NCBI GenBank assembly: GCA_017427525.1
Contig: JAFRSP010000018.1
Location: 1,684-65,683, forward strand
Direction: 5' to 3'
DNA: 64,000 nucleotides
Source of the DNA: Clostridia bacterium
GTDB lineage: Bacteria; Bacillota; Clostridia; Oscillospirales; Feifaniaceae
The position numbers were made by a program, and so were the translations under genes. This document shows, piece after piece, positions 27,899 to 37,740 of this stretch (position 1 is the first letter of the stretch; the number at the start of each line of letters is the position of its first letter). The notes beneath the pieces were generated by a model. It searched no databases. It saw only the letters and a program-made list of their open reading frames with translations, and had not been told where the DNA came from.

Positions 27899-28396
27899 TT
27901 ATCGCAGTGGTCTTTTCACAAAATAGGTTTTGGCAACTTCCTCAAGGATATCTCTCGGAACAAAAGAGCTGATATTCCCCCCATAAGAGGCCACATCCCG
28001 CACAATGGAAGAGCTCAAATAGGAATACCGCTCATCGGTTGGCAAAAACAGCGTATCTACCGTGCCGCCCGAGGCTTCACGGTTGGCATAATACATCTGC
28101 GTTTCGGTGATCAGATCCCTCGTGTCGCGCATTCCTTTGATCAAAAGCTGTGCCCCGCACTGCCTTGCAAAGTCGACCAACAGACCGCCATAGGCTTCCA
28201 CCCTGACATTCTGCAGGTGGGTTACGGACCGCTTGATCCATTCGACCCGCTGCTCTGCCGAAACCTGATAGATCTTCTCTGCATTGTGCATGACCACCAC
28301 CACGACCTCGTCGAAGAGGCGGGAACAGCGTTCAAACAGATTGATATGCCCCAATGTGACCGGGTTGAAGCTGCCCGGGCAGATGACCGTTTTCAT
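27899..28396 (-). CDS. coaD: Phosphopantetheine adenylyltransferase CoaD
   Basis: MKTVICPGSFNPVTLGHINL (HxGH nucleotidyltransferase motif) and ...SSSIVR. ATG at 28396 overlaps the rsmD stop (ATGA). Confidence 0.93.
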   Translation of the reverse strand: MKTVICPGSFNPVTLGHINLFERCSRLFDEVVVVVMHNAEKIYQVSAEQRVEWIKRSVTHLQNVRVEAYGGLLVDFARQCGAQLLIKGMRDTRDLITETQMYYANREASGGTVDTLFLPTDERYSYLSSSIVRDVASYGGNISSFVPRDILEEVAKTYFVKRPLR

Positions 28397-28950
28397 TCGA
28401 GTTCCCCCTGCTGCGCCGTTCGATAGATGAAAACGCGCGAATTTCCGTATTTTGCGTTTCTGTTGAGAGCGAGCGGCCCGACTGCATCGGGCAGCTCCGC
28501 CTCCGGCTCGGTTTCGCACACCACAATGGCGTGCCGCGCCAAATGCCCATCACACAGCGCTTCAAGCGCTGCAAGGCAGAGTCCCTTCCGGTAAGGGGGA
28601 TCCAAAAAAATCAGACTGTATCCCGTGGAAGAGGATGCAAGAAAGCTCTCCCACAGCTTTTGGTGCACCGAAGCGCGCTCATTCAGCCGGCACTTGGTCA
28701 GATTCTCGCGGATGATCCGAACGGCGGCCGGCTCGCAGTCTACAAAATCACAACGAACCGCTCCGCGGGAAAGCGCTTCGATCCCAAGCTGACCGCTTCC
28801 CGCAAAGAGGTCGAGCGCCGTACGCCCATCGATCTCGAACTGAATCGCACTGAAGATCGCCTCTTTGACCCTGGCCACGGTGGGACGAGTCGACTCCCCC
28901 TCCAGCGTCTTGAGGCGGATCCCTTTGGCGGTTCCCGTTATGACTCGCAT
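28393..28950 (-). CDS. rsmD: 16S rRNA (guanine966-N2)-methyltransferase RsmD
   Basis: RPTVARVKEAIFS, DLFAGSGQLGIEALSRGA and DPPY motifs. ATG at 28950. Confidence 0.9.
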   Translation of the reverse strand: MRVITGTAKGIRLKTLEGESTRPTVARVKEAIFSAIQFEIDGRTALDLFAGSGQLGIEALSRGAVRCDFVDCEPAAVRIIRENLTKCRLNERASVHQKLWESFLASSSTGYSLIFLDPPYRKGLCLAALEALCDGHLARHAIVVCETEPEAELPDAVGPLALNRNAKYGNSRVFIYRTAQQGELE

Positions 28951-29072
28951 GGGTCTTCCCCCTGATCTATGCGCAGCGGGCGGCGTCAAACGGCACAATT
29001 ATCGTTATGCCCCCCGCCAAAAAACGCGCAGCCTTATATTCGTTCTTATTCTACCTGTTTTTTTTCGCCCGG

Positions 29073-31022
29073 TCAACACCCTTGTTCCGTTTCCGGCGGC
29101 AATTGTCCGTGAAAAAATTCATAAACCGCCTGCGCGGCCGGCTTTGTCATGCCCGGCACGGCCGCAAGCTGCTCCACCGACGCTGCACGGATCGCCTCCA
29201 TAGTCTTCAGCTCGGTCAGCAGGGCGGCAGCCCGCTGCCTGCCGATTCCCTTCACACCGGAAAGCTGGGAAGAAAAGGTCTTTTTCCCCCGCAGTGCTCT
29301 GTGGTAGGCGATCGCATAGCGGTGCACCTCCTCCTGAATTTGGGCAAGCAGCACAAAGGCAGGAGTGACGGGACGGGGATTGATCTCGCCCGTCTCACCG
29401 ACCAGCCCGCGCGTGCGGTGGCGGTCGTCCTTGACCATTCCGAACACGGGAAGCGAAAGCTCCAGCTCAGACAAAATCTCTTTTACTGCCGAGAGTTGGC
29501 CCTTTCCCCCGTCGAGCAGCAGCAGATCCGGAAGCTCTTCAAAACCCTTCTCCCCTTTGCGGTAGCGGTTGAATCTGCGCCAGACCACCTCGCGCATGGA
29601 TTCGTAGTCATCCTGATCTTCCACCGTTTTGATCTTATAACGTTTGTAGTCTTTCTTGCTGGGACGACCGTCCACGAAGACCACAATCCCTCCCACGACC
29701 TCGCTGCCGCTGGTGTTGGAAATATCGATCGCCTCGATCCGTCGGGGAGGCTCGGCAAGACCAGTCAGGACAGCAAGCTCGGCAACGCTGCGCCGCACCT
29801 TTTCCTCCTTGTCGACCCGCTGCTCCAGACTCTGCCGCGCGTTGCGCTCGGCCATTTCCAGCACCCGCCTGGCATCTCCCCTCTGTGGAACACGCAGATG
29901 CACTCTGCGGCCGGTGCGTCCGCCGAGATACTGCTCGAGGAGGGCGGCGTCCTCCGGCTCAATCGAGAGCAAAATCTCAGGCGGGATATCGGGTCGCCGC
30001 AGATAGTGCTGCTTGAGAAACGCGGCCATTCCTGCTTCCGATGGACTGAACTCCTCCCGATCGAAGAGAAAGCTGTCGGTCGAGGTCAGTCTTCCGTTTC
30101 GGATGGTCATCGCGACGATGGCGGCGTTTTTATCGTCAAAGTGCAGGCCGATGACGTCGCGCTGCACGGTGGGGGCATCCACGACCTTTTGGCTCTGCTC
30201 AATCCGCTTCAGCGCTCCCAGCCTGTCGCGCAGACGGGCGGCCTCTTCGAAGCGAAGCTCCTCGGCCGCAGTCTCCATCCGGCGGGCGAGATCTTCAACC
30301 AGACTGGTCTGTTTTCCCTCAAGGAAGGAGACAGCCTCCCCCACCGCTTCCAGATACTGTTCCCTCGTAACGGCGCCCGAACAGGGGGCCATACAGGTCT
30401 TGATAGCCTGATTGAGACAGGGTCTTCCCTTTCCGATATCCCTCGGGAACACGCGGGAGCAGGAGGGCAGCAAAAAGGTCTTCTGAATGGTGGAAACCAC
30501 CTCTTTCACCCTTCCGCTGTAGGGCCCGAAATACAGGCTCCCATCGTCTTCCCTGCGACGGGTGAGCAGCACCCTCGGATATGCATCGCGGACGGTCACC
30601 TTGACATAAGGATAGCTCTTATCATCCTTGAGCATAATGTTGTAGTGAGGCATATAGTGCTTGATCTGGGAGCACTCAAGCACCAGAGCTTCGAGTTCGT
30701 TTGCCGTTACGATGGTCTCAAAATCCTGCACCTGCCTCACCATGGAGGCCACCTTGGGCAAATGCCGCTCGATTCCCGTGAAATAACTCGAAACGCGGTT
30801 TCTCAGCGCCTTGGCCTTCCCGATATAGATGATCTTTCCCGCGGCATTTTTCATGAAGTAGACTCCGGGAAGCAGCGGCAGCGCCCGCGCCTTGCGTCTC
30901 AGCCGAAGGATGCGGTCGTCCCCTGTCTCCCGCTCTTTTGCCTCAGCTTTGTCCATTGCGTCAGATCGGGACGTTTGGGGCTCTGACAAATATTCTTTTG
31001 CACTCTGCTGTTCCTTCTCCAA
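29073..31022 (-). CDS. uvrC: Excinuclease ABC subunit C UvrC
   Basis: GIY-YIG module (PGVYFMKNAAGKIIYIGKAKALRNRVSSYF), UVR domain, RNase-H-like endonuclease domain and C-terminal (HhH)2. TTG start 6 nt after AAAGGAGGG. Confidence 0.93.
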   Translation of the reverse strand: MEKEQQSAKEYLSEPQTSRSDAMDKAEAKERETGDDRILRLRRKARALPLLPGVYFMKNAAGKIIYIGKAKALRNRVSSYFTGIERHLPKVASMVRQVQDFETIVTANELEALVLECSQIKHYMPHYNIMLKDDKSYPYVKVTVRDAYPRVLLTRRREDDGSLYFGPYSGRVKEVVSTIQKTFLLPSCSRVFPRDIGKGRPCLNQAIKTCMAPCSGAVTREQYLEAVGEAVSFLEGKQTSLVEDLARRMETAAEELRFEEAARLRDRLGALKRIEQSQKVVDAPTVQRDVIGLHFDDKNAAIVAMTIRNGRLTSTDSFLFDREEFSPSEAGMAAFLKQHYLRRPDIPPEILLSIEPEDAALLEQYLGGRTGRRVHLRVPQRGDARRVLEMAERNARQSLEQRVDKEEKVRRSVAELAVLTGLAEPPRRIEAIDISNTSGSEVVGGIVVFVDGRPSKKDYKRYKIKTVEDQDDYESMREVVWRRFNRYRKGEKGFEELPDLLLLDGGKGQLSAVKEILSELELSLPVFGMVKDDRHRTRGLVGETGEINPRPVTPAFVLLAQIQEEVHRYAIAYHRALRGKKTFSSQLSGVKGIGRQRAAALLTELKTMEAIRAASVEQLAAVPGMTKPAAQAVYEFFHGQLPPETEQGC

Positions 31023-31060
31023 AGCCGTCCCTCCTTTCAGCCGTCATCCGGCCAATTCTC

Positions 31061-31086
31061 AAAAAGGCAGGCGAAGCTCGCCTGCC
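31061..31086 (-). terminator. Rho-independent terminator after ptsH
   Basis: Minus strand: GGCAGGCGA-GCT-TCGCCTGCC followed by TTTTTGAG. Confidence 0.7.
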
Positions 31087-31150
31087 CTCATACGCTGATT
31101 CTCTGCACCAACGGCCTGCCCATTCCAACATGGGCAAAGCCACTTTATGC

Positions 31151-31414
31151 CTATTCGCCGAAATTGCTGCTCACCAGATTGAGCAGCCCGGCAATGGCGG
31201 AATCCTCATCCTCTCCATCGGCCAGCACCAGAATATGATCTCCCGGTGCAACGCCAAGCGACAAAACGCCGAGCAGGCTCTTTGCATTGACGCGTCGTTC
31301 CTCCTTTTCGATCCAAATCGAGCTCTTATATTCATTGGCTTTTTGGATAAAAAAGGTTGCGGGACGGGCATGTAGACCCACTGAATTGTTGAGCACAAGT
31401 TCCTGCTTTACCAT
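31151..31414 (-). CDS. ptsH: Phosphocarrier protein HPr
   Basis: With the start at MVKQ, the active His is at position 15 (GLHARPA). The Ser46 region is KSLLGVLSLG. Confidence 0.9.
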   Translation of the reverse strand: MVKQELVLNNSVGLHARPATFFIQKANEYKSSIWIEKEERRVNAKSLLGVLSLGVAPGDHILVLADGEDEDSAIAGLLNLVSSNFGE

Positions 31415-31497
31415 GTTCAAGTCCGCCTTCCCCTGTGTTGTACCTGCGAACATTTCGCCTGTACCACTTCTTTTTTTCTCCTTGTATTTACACTAAC

Positions 31498-31526
31498 ATG
31501 ATAATCAATTTCCCCTCTTAAGTCAA
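31498..31526 (-). promoter_or_regulatory. Promoter candidate for ptsH
   Basis: Minus strand: TTGACT, 17 nt, TATCAT. Confidence 0.4.
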
Positions 31527-31664
31527 CCGAAAGACCCCTGTCTATTTGCACAAGATTTCACCGTTTTGCCATGTTTTTCTGCACAGGCTCTCCTCGGGAA
31601 AACAGATTCTTTGGCCGTTGATTTGCTTTTGCAGAGGATGCTGCGGCAGTTCGGCTCTGTTTTG

Positions 31665-32168
31665 TCACGACGCCGCTTCGACCGTTTCAAATCTTCCATT
31701 TGTGGCCAGCTTGGTAGAGCCTACCTTGATATTGCCCCCCGGCGAGCACAGCCGCGAACCGTTGAGCATGAAACCCAGCTCGCCCTTTTTCCCTGTTCCC
31801 TGCGCATAAATGATCACGGTGAGATACTCGGGGTCGGGGCTGGTCACCATCGTTCCGTCGATCAGGGTCGCCTCGCGCAAATAGGGTGTCGCAGTCACCC
31901 TGGTGACGGTCCCGATCTGAACGCCTGTTTCATCGTCAAAGAGCGGATCGCCTTCTTTTACTGCCATATAGGTCATCACGCGCACCGGTTCAACCCGAAC
32001 CGAGAAATCGATGGTTACATCATCTGCTGTGCCAGCAAACGACTCCTTGAGGTTGCTGCGCAAAACCAGCGTGCCGACCAGGGCAAACAAAAACACGAGA
32101 ATGAGCAGGTCGAGGAGGTTAAAAAGCCCAAACAGTTTGGTGGATTTCCCTGTGTTCCGCTTTCCCAT
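31665..32168 (-). CDS. DUF4330-like single-pass membrane protein (paralog 2)
   Basis: Basic N-terminus, the F(N/D)LLDL motif and a TM helix, then a beta-rich domain. Same architecture as the upstream neighbour. Confidence 0.5.
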   Translation of the reverse strand: MGKRNTGKSTKLFGLFNLLDLLILVFLFALVGTLVLRSNLKESFAGTADDVTIDFSVRVEPVRVMTYMAVKEGDPLFDDETGVQIGTVTRVTATPYLREATLIDGTMVTSPDPEYLTVIIYAQGTGKKGELGFMLNGSRLCSPGGNIKVGSTKLATNGRFETVEAAS

Positions 32169-32180
32169 ATCTCATCCTCC

Positions 32181-32681
32181 TCATTGCTGCGTCTCGACAT
32201 AGTCGAGCGCCACACAATATCCCGTTCCCGAAATTCCTTCCGACTGCAGGGCGATCTCGCTGCCGACTCCGATCGTGAACTCGTTGATGACAATGCGTCC
32301 GCCCCGCAGCTCGCCCTGTGCTTCGCAGACGACGGTCGCGGTATAGCGTCCATCTACCTCCACACGCTTGATCTCGCCGGTCTCCAGATCGTTCTTCATA
32401 TACCACATCGGGACGATCTCTACCCGCTTGACCTTGCCAAGCGAGGCCTTACGCACTCCGTCCCGCACGGCAGAGCCGATCACGGCCGATTTCGAAACCT
32501 GCTCGCTGAGATTTTTGATTTCCACGCTGTAGGTCACCGTTACCGGCGTTCCGCCTCCCGTTGTGATCCGCTTGCTGCCATTGATAAAATAGGCGGCAAC
32601 CAGCAAAACCGCAACCACCATCAGCAGTACAAACAGATCAAAGAAATTGATCCCCCGTCTGCGGCGTGTTGTCTTATTCAC
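32181..32681 (-). CDS. DUF4330-like single-pass membrane protein (paralog 1)
   Basis: MNKTTRRRRGINFFDLFVLLMVVAVLLV..., 166 aa. The start overlaps the GT4 stop by 8 nt. Confidence 0.5.
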   Translation of the reverse strand: MNKTTRRRRGINFFDLFVLLMVVAVLLVAAYFINGSKRITTGGGTPVTVTYSVEIKNLSEQVSKSAVIGSAVRDGVRKASLGKVKRVEIVPMWYMKNDLETGEIKRVEVDGRYTATVVCEAQGELRGGRIVINEFTIGVGSEIALQSEGISGTGYCVALDYVETQQ

Positions 32682-33786
32682 AACCTGTCACCAGCTTTCT
32701 ATATAGGCTATCCGTTTTCTCTGCAAATACCTGGGCGGTGAAATACTTCAAAAACCGTCTACGGGCGGCCTCTCCCAATCGACGGCGAAGCTCCTCGCTG
32801 CCGCTCAGCTCCAAAATCGCCTGCTGCAGAGCCTCTTTGTTCCCGGAAGGCACAAGCAGTGCCGTTTCTCGGTCTGCCGCCGTCTCCGGCACTCCTCCCA
32901 CCGCTGTGAGCACTGACGGCAGCGACGCCGACATCGCCTCCAAAACAGTCAGCGGAAGATTCTCACTGAAGGAGGAGAGCGTAAACAGGTCGGCAGCCAG
33001 GTAGATCTCCCGCACGCTTTCCCGCTCGCCCAAGAATACGATCCGATCTGTACATGGAAGGGCTTTTGCCTGCCGCACAAGAGACTCCTGCAAACTCCCG
33101 CCGCCGCAGAGCAAAAGGACGAGTCGGGGATCCCATGCTGCAGCACCCGCGAAGGCCTCCAGCAGCAACGCATGATTCTTGACCGCTTCCAGCCGGGCCA
33201 CGCAGGCGATCGCAATGCGGGATTCCGAAAGGCCAAGCGCCTGCCTTGCCGCCTCCCGCTCGCCGGGCGCGGCCGGCGCGACCCCCGTGATCCCATTGTA
33301 AATCAGATGGATTTTCCGCTCGGGGAGCCCGTCTTCCCTCAGGTTGCGGCAGGCTGCCTCCGACACCGCAATGGCGGAATCGGTGAGATAATTGTCCAGC
33401 AGGGCGGCCGCCCTGCCCTTCAGGCCGCTTCTGCGCGGGCTGAGGGTGTGTTTCGTATAGACTGTTTTACAGTTTCCGGCTTGCCGCGCCGCGATGCGTC
33501 CGGAGAGACTGCCGTGCGTATGCACGATCTCCGGATGAAATGATCGAATCAGATCCCGCAGCAGCCTGACATCTTCCCGATGGTAGGAACGATCTCCATG
33601 CAGTGGACATTCGATCACCTGAGCGCCCGCCGACCGAAGCCGCGACGCCATGGCAGCCCCTTCCGGCAGGACGACCGCAAGCTCGATCTCTTTCGAGGCG
33701 TGCGTGGCATAGTTTTCGAGATACACGCCGGCGCCGCCCCGATTGGTGTCGCTGAGGACTTCAAGCACCCGCATCGAGCTCTTCAC
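32674..33786 (-). CDS. Glycosyltransferase family 4 (GT-B, EX7E type)
   Basis: N-terminus RVLEVLSDTNRGGAGVY and C-terminal GT1/GT4 region (...SFSENLPLTVLEAMSASLPSVLTAVGGVPE). The start may be the M at 33774. Confidence 0.8.
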   Translation of the reverse strand: MKSSMRVLEVLSDTNRGGAGVYLENYATHASKEIELAVVLPEGAAMASRLRSAGAQVIECPLHGDRSYHREDVRLLRDLIRSFHPEIVHTHGSLSGRIAARQAGNCKTVYTKHTLSPRRSGLKGRAAALLDNYLTDSAIAVSEAACRNLREDGLPERKIHLIYNGITGVAPAAPGEREAARQALGLSESRIAIACVARLEAVKNHALLLEAFAGAAAWDPRLVLLLCGGGSLQESLVRQAKALPCTDRIVFLGERESVREIYLAADLFTLSSFSENLPLTVLEAMSASLPSVLTAVGGVPETAADRETALLVPSGNKEALQQAILELSGSEELRRRLGEAARRRFLKYFTAQVFAEKTDSLYRKLVTGCE

Positions 33787-35680
33787 GCTCCTCTCTCACA
33801 TCGTAGAGCTTGTCGTCTCTTCCCATGCCGATTGCAAGCCCTAACAGGAGCCAGAAGAGCAGCACGATTTTGAAGTTGTACCAGACATTGTCGGTCAGCC
33901 CCTGCACCAAGAGCGCCGCAACGCCGAGTCCGATGGAAAGCACCGTTACCCCAATCTCCCGATCCGTGCATCTGCGATAACAGGAGAAGACCGCACGGTA
34001 GAAAAAGAGCAGGATGAGCAAAAACACCACGATTCCCAGTACCCCCGTGTCCACACAGATCTGGAGATACAGGTTGTGCGCATGCAGGGCAAAAGCCGCT
34101 CCGCCCAGCGCATAGGCCGGATAGATGGCAGTAAAGGCCGCGGACCCGGTTCCGATTCCGCTGCTCCAAACATCGCGCAGCATGCGCACCGACGCCGTCC
34201 AGATCGAAACCCGATAGGCGGTTGAGGTGTCGGCCAGGTTGGCGATGCTGGTAAATCGATTCAGGATCGAAGGCGGCAGCATGGCGGTGAAGAAGGGCAA
34301 AAGCAAAAGCCCCGGCAAAACAAGATACAGGAAGAAGGGATGATAGAGCAGCAGGAACATCCCCACCGAGGCGATCGCTCCCAGCCATGCTCCGCGCGAC
34401 CAGGTATAGATCAGTGCCGCAAACCCCACGAAGAGAGCGCCAAGCGAGACCAGGCGCCTCCATTTCTTTCCGACCAGCAAGGTCGCCAGCGCAAGAGGGA
34501 GCAGCATGATGAGGTATTCTCCGAATACGTTGGGGTTGTCAAAAGGCCCTACGATACGGGAAGAGATCTCGGCGAACATGCTTTTGTCGATCCAGCTTGC
34601 CGTGCTCTCAACCCCTGCAAAGTTCTGATACACGCCGAGCAGAGAGGCAAGCAAACAGGAGAACAGCAGACAGAAAACGGCTTTTCGTGCCAATTCCTTG
34701 CTGCGAATCCCATTTGCCGTGACAAAATAGGTCAGAATAAACACGCCGTATACCGCCACCTGCCGAATGCTGGAGGCGGGGCGGAAGGAGGTCACTCCTC
34801 CCAAGAGAAGCAAAACCAGCCCATACGCCGCAACACAGAGATCGACCGGTTCCAGCCGTAGCACGCGTTTGCAGCGCAAAAGCTTGAAAAAAAAGGCAAG
34901 ATCCACATAGAGGCAGGCTGCGGTGAGAACCATGGTGGGTAAAAACGGCAGAGCGAGCAGGATCAGAAGAAGCCCTGTTTCAGGATGGGAAAGCACCAGA
35001 GCCGCCGCAAGAACCAGCACGACCCCGAGCCCCATATAGAGAATACGGATCCGCAGGGTGACCAGTGCAAGCAGCGCTCCGACCGCAACCGGAATCGTCA
35101 GCCCATGCTCCGGCTTTGAAACAGAAAGAGAGGTCTTTCGCACCCCGACAAAGCCGACCAGAATACGGGAAAGCAGTCCGCTGCTCAGCAGCATCTCGCC
35201 AAGCGGTTCGCGGCAGGTGGCGCACAAAAATCCGCATAGCACGGCAGCGGCCGAAACCGCGAGCTGAAGGCCGAAGAACCCTGTCAATTCTCCACGGAAG
35301 CTGCGAATCGCCGTGACCGAGAGCAGGGTCAGTCCAAAGGCCAGCAGGCCTCCGCCCCATGAGATGACGTCGAGTGCGAGCAGCCAGGAAACAAGTCCGT
35401 TCCACAGCCGGCTGAACAGGCTGTTTTCCACCTGTCCCGCAACCCAAAGACGCATTTTCTTGACCGTATCAGAAGGACGCGCTACAAAAACCTCATAAAA
35501 CAGCCCATCCTTTTGCAGCGCCGCAGGTTTCGTCAGCCAACGCAGCAAAAAGCTGTTCAAAGCGCTTTTTCGGATCGCTCTGCCGAAGGCAACCGAGATC
35601 CGGAAAAAGAAGCTCTCACGAAGGAGACCAAGGATGACGGAAACTCCGCCGTTTTGCAGCTTTTTCCGCTCCTGTTTCAA
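33761..35680 (-). CDS. O-antigen ligase/polymerase-like (Wzy_C) polytopic membrane protein
   Basis: 639 aa with more than 10 predicted TM segments and a Wzy_C-like loop (...YTWSRGAWLGA...). Overlaps the GT4 start by 26 nt. Confidence 0.65.
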   Translation of the reverse strand: MKQERKKLQNGGVSVILGLLRESFFFRISVAFGRAIRKSALNSFLLRWLTKPAALQKDGLFYEVFVARPSDTVKKMRLWVAGQVENSLFSRLWNGLVSWLLALDVISWGGGLLAFGLTLLSVTAIRSFRGELTGFFGLQLAVSAAAVLCGFLCATCREPLGEMLLSSGLLSRILVGFVGVRKTSLSVSKPEHGLTIPVAVGALLALVTLRIRILYMGLGVVLVLAAALVLSHPETGLLLILLALPFLPTMVLTAACLYVDLAFFFKLLRCKRVLRLEPVDLCVAAYGLVLLLLGGVTSFRPASSIRQVAVYGVFILTYFVTANGIRSKELARKAVFCLLFSCLLASLLGVYQNFAGVESTASWIDKSMFAEISSRIVGPFDNPNVFGEYLIMLLPLALATLLVGKKWRRLVSLGALFVGFAALIYTWSRGAWLGAIASVGMFLLLYHPFFLYLVLPGLLLLPFFTAMLPPSILNRFTSIANLADTSTAYRVSIWTASVRMLRDVWSSGIGTGSAAFTAIYPAYALGGAAFALHAHNLYLQICVDTGVLGIVVFLLILLFFYRAVFSCYRRCTDREIGVTVLSIGLGVAALLVQGLTDNVWYNFKIVLLFWLLLGLAIGMGRDDKLYDVREEREELDAGA

Positions 35681-35759
35681 GGGCTCACCCTCCTTCCCAT
35701 TGCCTGCTGCAGGCAGTTGATTTCGGAATGTGCTTTCTATTTCTTTCGCGCGGAGTCGT

Positions 35760-36503
35760 TCATGCCTCGTCGGGATAGAGCCCGTGCGCTTTGAGCATCG
35801 CGATTTCCCCCTCGGTCAGAGGGGCGTGTTTCAGCAGATCGGGACGGCGCTGAGCGGTCAGCAGCAGCGATTGTTCCCTCTGCCATTTGGCAATTTCGCC
35901 GTGATTGCCGTTTCGCAGCACCGCCGGTACCTCGAGCCCCTCAAACACGGCGGGACGGGTATACTGCGGATACTCCAAAAGTCCCGAATAGATGGATTCA
36001 TTGCTGTAGCTCTCCTCACCGGCCAAAACGCCCGGCACCATGCGCGCCACCGCATCGATGATGCACAGGGCCGGCAGCTCCCCGCCGGTCAGCACAAAAT
36101 CCCCAACCGAAAGCTCTTCGTCGACCAGCAGGTCGAGCGCCCGCTGATCCACACCCTCATAGTGTCCGCACAAAAACATCAGCTTGTCGTAGGAGCGCAG
36201 CTCCTTGGCAATCTCCTGGTTGAAAACCCTCCCCTTGGGAGAGAGATAAATGGTGTGCGGCTTCTCCCCATAGTCTCTGGTCACGGCGTCGACGGCCGCC
36301 CTGAGCGGCTGCACCGTCATCAGCATGCCGGTTCCGCCTCCGAAGGGGTAGTCGTCCACCCTACGGTGACGGTCGGTCGAATACTGCCGGATCCCGCGGA
36401 AATCCGTGTGAATGATCCCCTGGTCGGCCGCACGTTTCAAAATGCTTTCGCCCATCACAGCGGCGCACATCTCGGGGAAGAGGGTCAAAACGATAAAGGT
36501 CAT
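35760..36503 (-). CDS. trmD: tRNA (guanine37-N1)-methyltransferase TrmD
   Basis: Sequence DDYPFGGGTGMLM...GHYEGVDQR...SVGDFVLTGGELPA. Confidence 0.95.
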   Translation of the reverse strand: MTFIVLTLFPEMCAAVMGESILKRAADQGIIHTDFRGIRQYSTDRHRRVDDYPFGGGTGMLMTVQPLRAAVDAVTRDYGEKPHTIYLSPKGRVFNQEIAKELRSYDKLMFLCGHYEGVDQRALDLLVDEELSVGDFVLTGGELPALCIIDAVARMVPGVLAGEESYSNESIYSGLLEYPQYTRPAVFEGLEVPAVLRNGNHGEIAKWQREQSLLLTAQRRPDLLKHAPLTEGEIAMLKAHGLYPDEA

Positions 36504-37000
36504 AGGTCAAACAGCCCCTCCAGCGGCGTGATGGTCATCTCTTTTGCTTCAACATTCACATGCTTTATCACCTGCGGAATGGCAGGCGCCAGCAGAATAC
36601 GCCCGTCGGGCGACTTGATGTGATACACGTCGTTTGCGCCGGTCGGCTGCACCTCGACAAGTTCGCCGTAACACTGCCCGCTCTGGGCGTCGACAACCCG
36701 CATTCCCAGAAGGTCGTTCACAAAATAGGTCCCCTCCGGAAGCTTCACGGAATCCTTGTCGAGATACAGTACCGTACCGATCAGTGCCATCGCACTGTCG
36801 ATATCGTCGTAGCCGCGGAGCTTGAGATTGATCGCCCCGCGGTGGATGCGGCTGTGCTCCACTTCCAGCGGCCTGCCGGACGCCGTGTAAAAAACGCGGA
36901 ATTTCAGCAACGCCTCCGGACTGTCGCTCCAGGCTTCGGCCCGCACCTCGCCCCGCACGCCGTGCGTGGTTACGATTTTCCCTGTTTCAAGAAGATTCAT
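36500..37000 (-). CDS. rimM: 16S rRNA processing protein RimM
   Basis: GKIVTTHGVRGEVR N-terminus and a PRC barrel C-terminus. Overlaps the trmD start by 4 nt. Confidence 0.92.
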   Translation of the reverse strand: MNLLETGKIVTTHGVRGEVRAEAWSDSPEALLKFRVFYTASGRPLEVEHSRIHRGAINLKLRGYDDIDSAMALIGTVLYLDKDSVKLPEGTYFVNDLLGMRVVDAQSGQCYGELVEVQPTGANDVYHIKSPDGRILLAPAIPQVIKHVNVEAKEMTITPLEGLFDL

Positions 37001-37124
37001 GGCTTGCTCTCACCTTCTCCTCCCTGCAAAAACCGATTGCAGGGACTTACGCGAACTCTGATTTAAGGCAAGGATGCAGCAGACGGCAAATGTTCCCCGT
37101 CAGCTGCATCGCATTTTTCTTTGG

Positions 37125-37361
37125 CTATTCAACAATATCCACCTGGATTTTTTCCCCTGCCTTGGTGGCGGCCGCCTTCATCACGGAGCGAATCGCCTTG
37201 GCAATCCGCCCCTGCTTACCGATGACGCGTCCCATTTCGCCCTCTGCCACGCGCAGTTCATACAATACCGTTCCATCCTCTTTGGTGGATACCGTAACCG
37301 ACACCGCATCAGGATCGTTTACCAGATTTTTGGCCAAGCAGGTCAGAAGTTCCTGTAACAT
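37125..37361 (-). CDS. KH-domain RNA-binding protein (YlqC family)
   Basis: 78 aa with GRVIGKQGRIAKAIR (GxxG KH motif), located between rpsP and rimM. Confidence 0.88.
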   Translation of the reverse strand: MLQELLTCLAKNLVNDPDAVSVTVSTKEDGTVLYELRVAEGEMGRVIGKQGRIAKAIRSVMKAAATKAGEKIQVDIVE

Positions 37362-37418
37362 GGGATTTCCTCCAAAAATAATGCTGAGAAGTATTCCCTT
37401 TTCGCCATCTCTCGGGGA

Positions 37419-37661
37419 TTAGAGAATTCCGTTCTTCTTCAGCAGCGCTTTAACGGTATCGGTCGGCTGGGCACCGTTTCGAATCCAGGCCTGAACCTTT
37501 TCTGCATCGACCTTGAACTCACTGGGTTCGGCCTTGGGATTGTAGGTTCCAAGCTCCTCAATAAAGCGACCGTCTCTGGGATACCGGGAGTCAGCCACAA
37601 CGATTCTGTAGAAAGGAGCCTTCTTCGCGCCCATCCGGCGCAGTCTGATTTTCACTGCCAT
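37419..37661 (-). CDS. rpsP: 30S ribosomal protein S16
   Basis: Sequence [26 protein letters not shown]... Confidence 0.97.
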   Translation of the reverse strand: MAVKIRLRRMGAKKAPFYRIVVADSRYPRDGRFIEELGTYNPKAEPSEFKVDAEKVQAWIRNGAQPTDTVKALLKKNGIL

Positions 37662-37740
37662 TGTTGTTCCACCTCAAACATTAGATTTTTATGTATACTA
37701 AAAATTTACAATTTAGTATCCGAAATTATATTTCTCTTCC

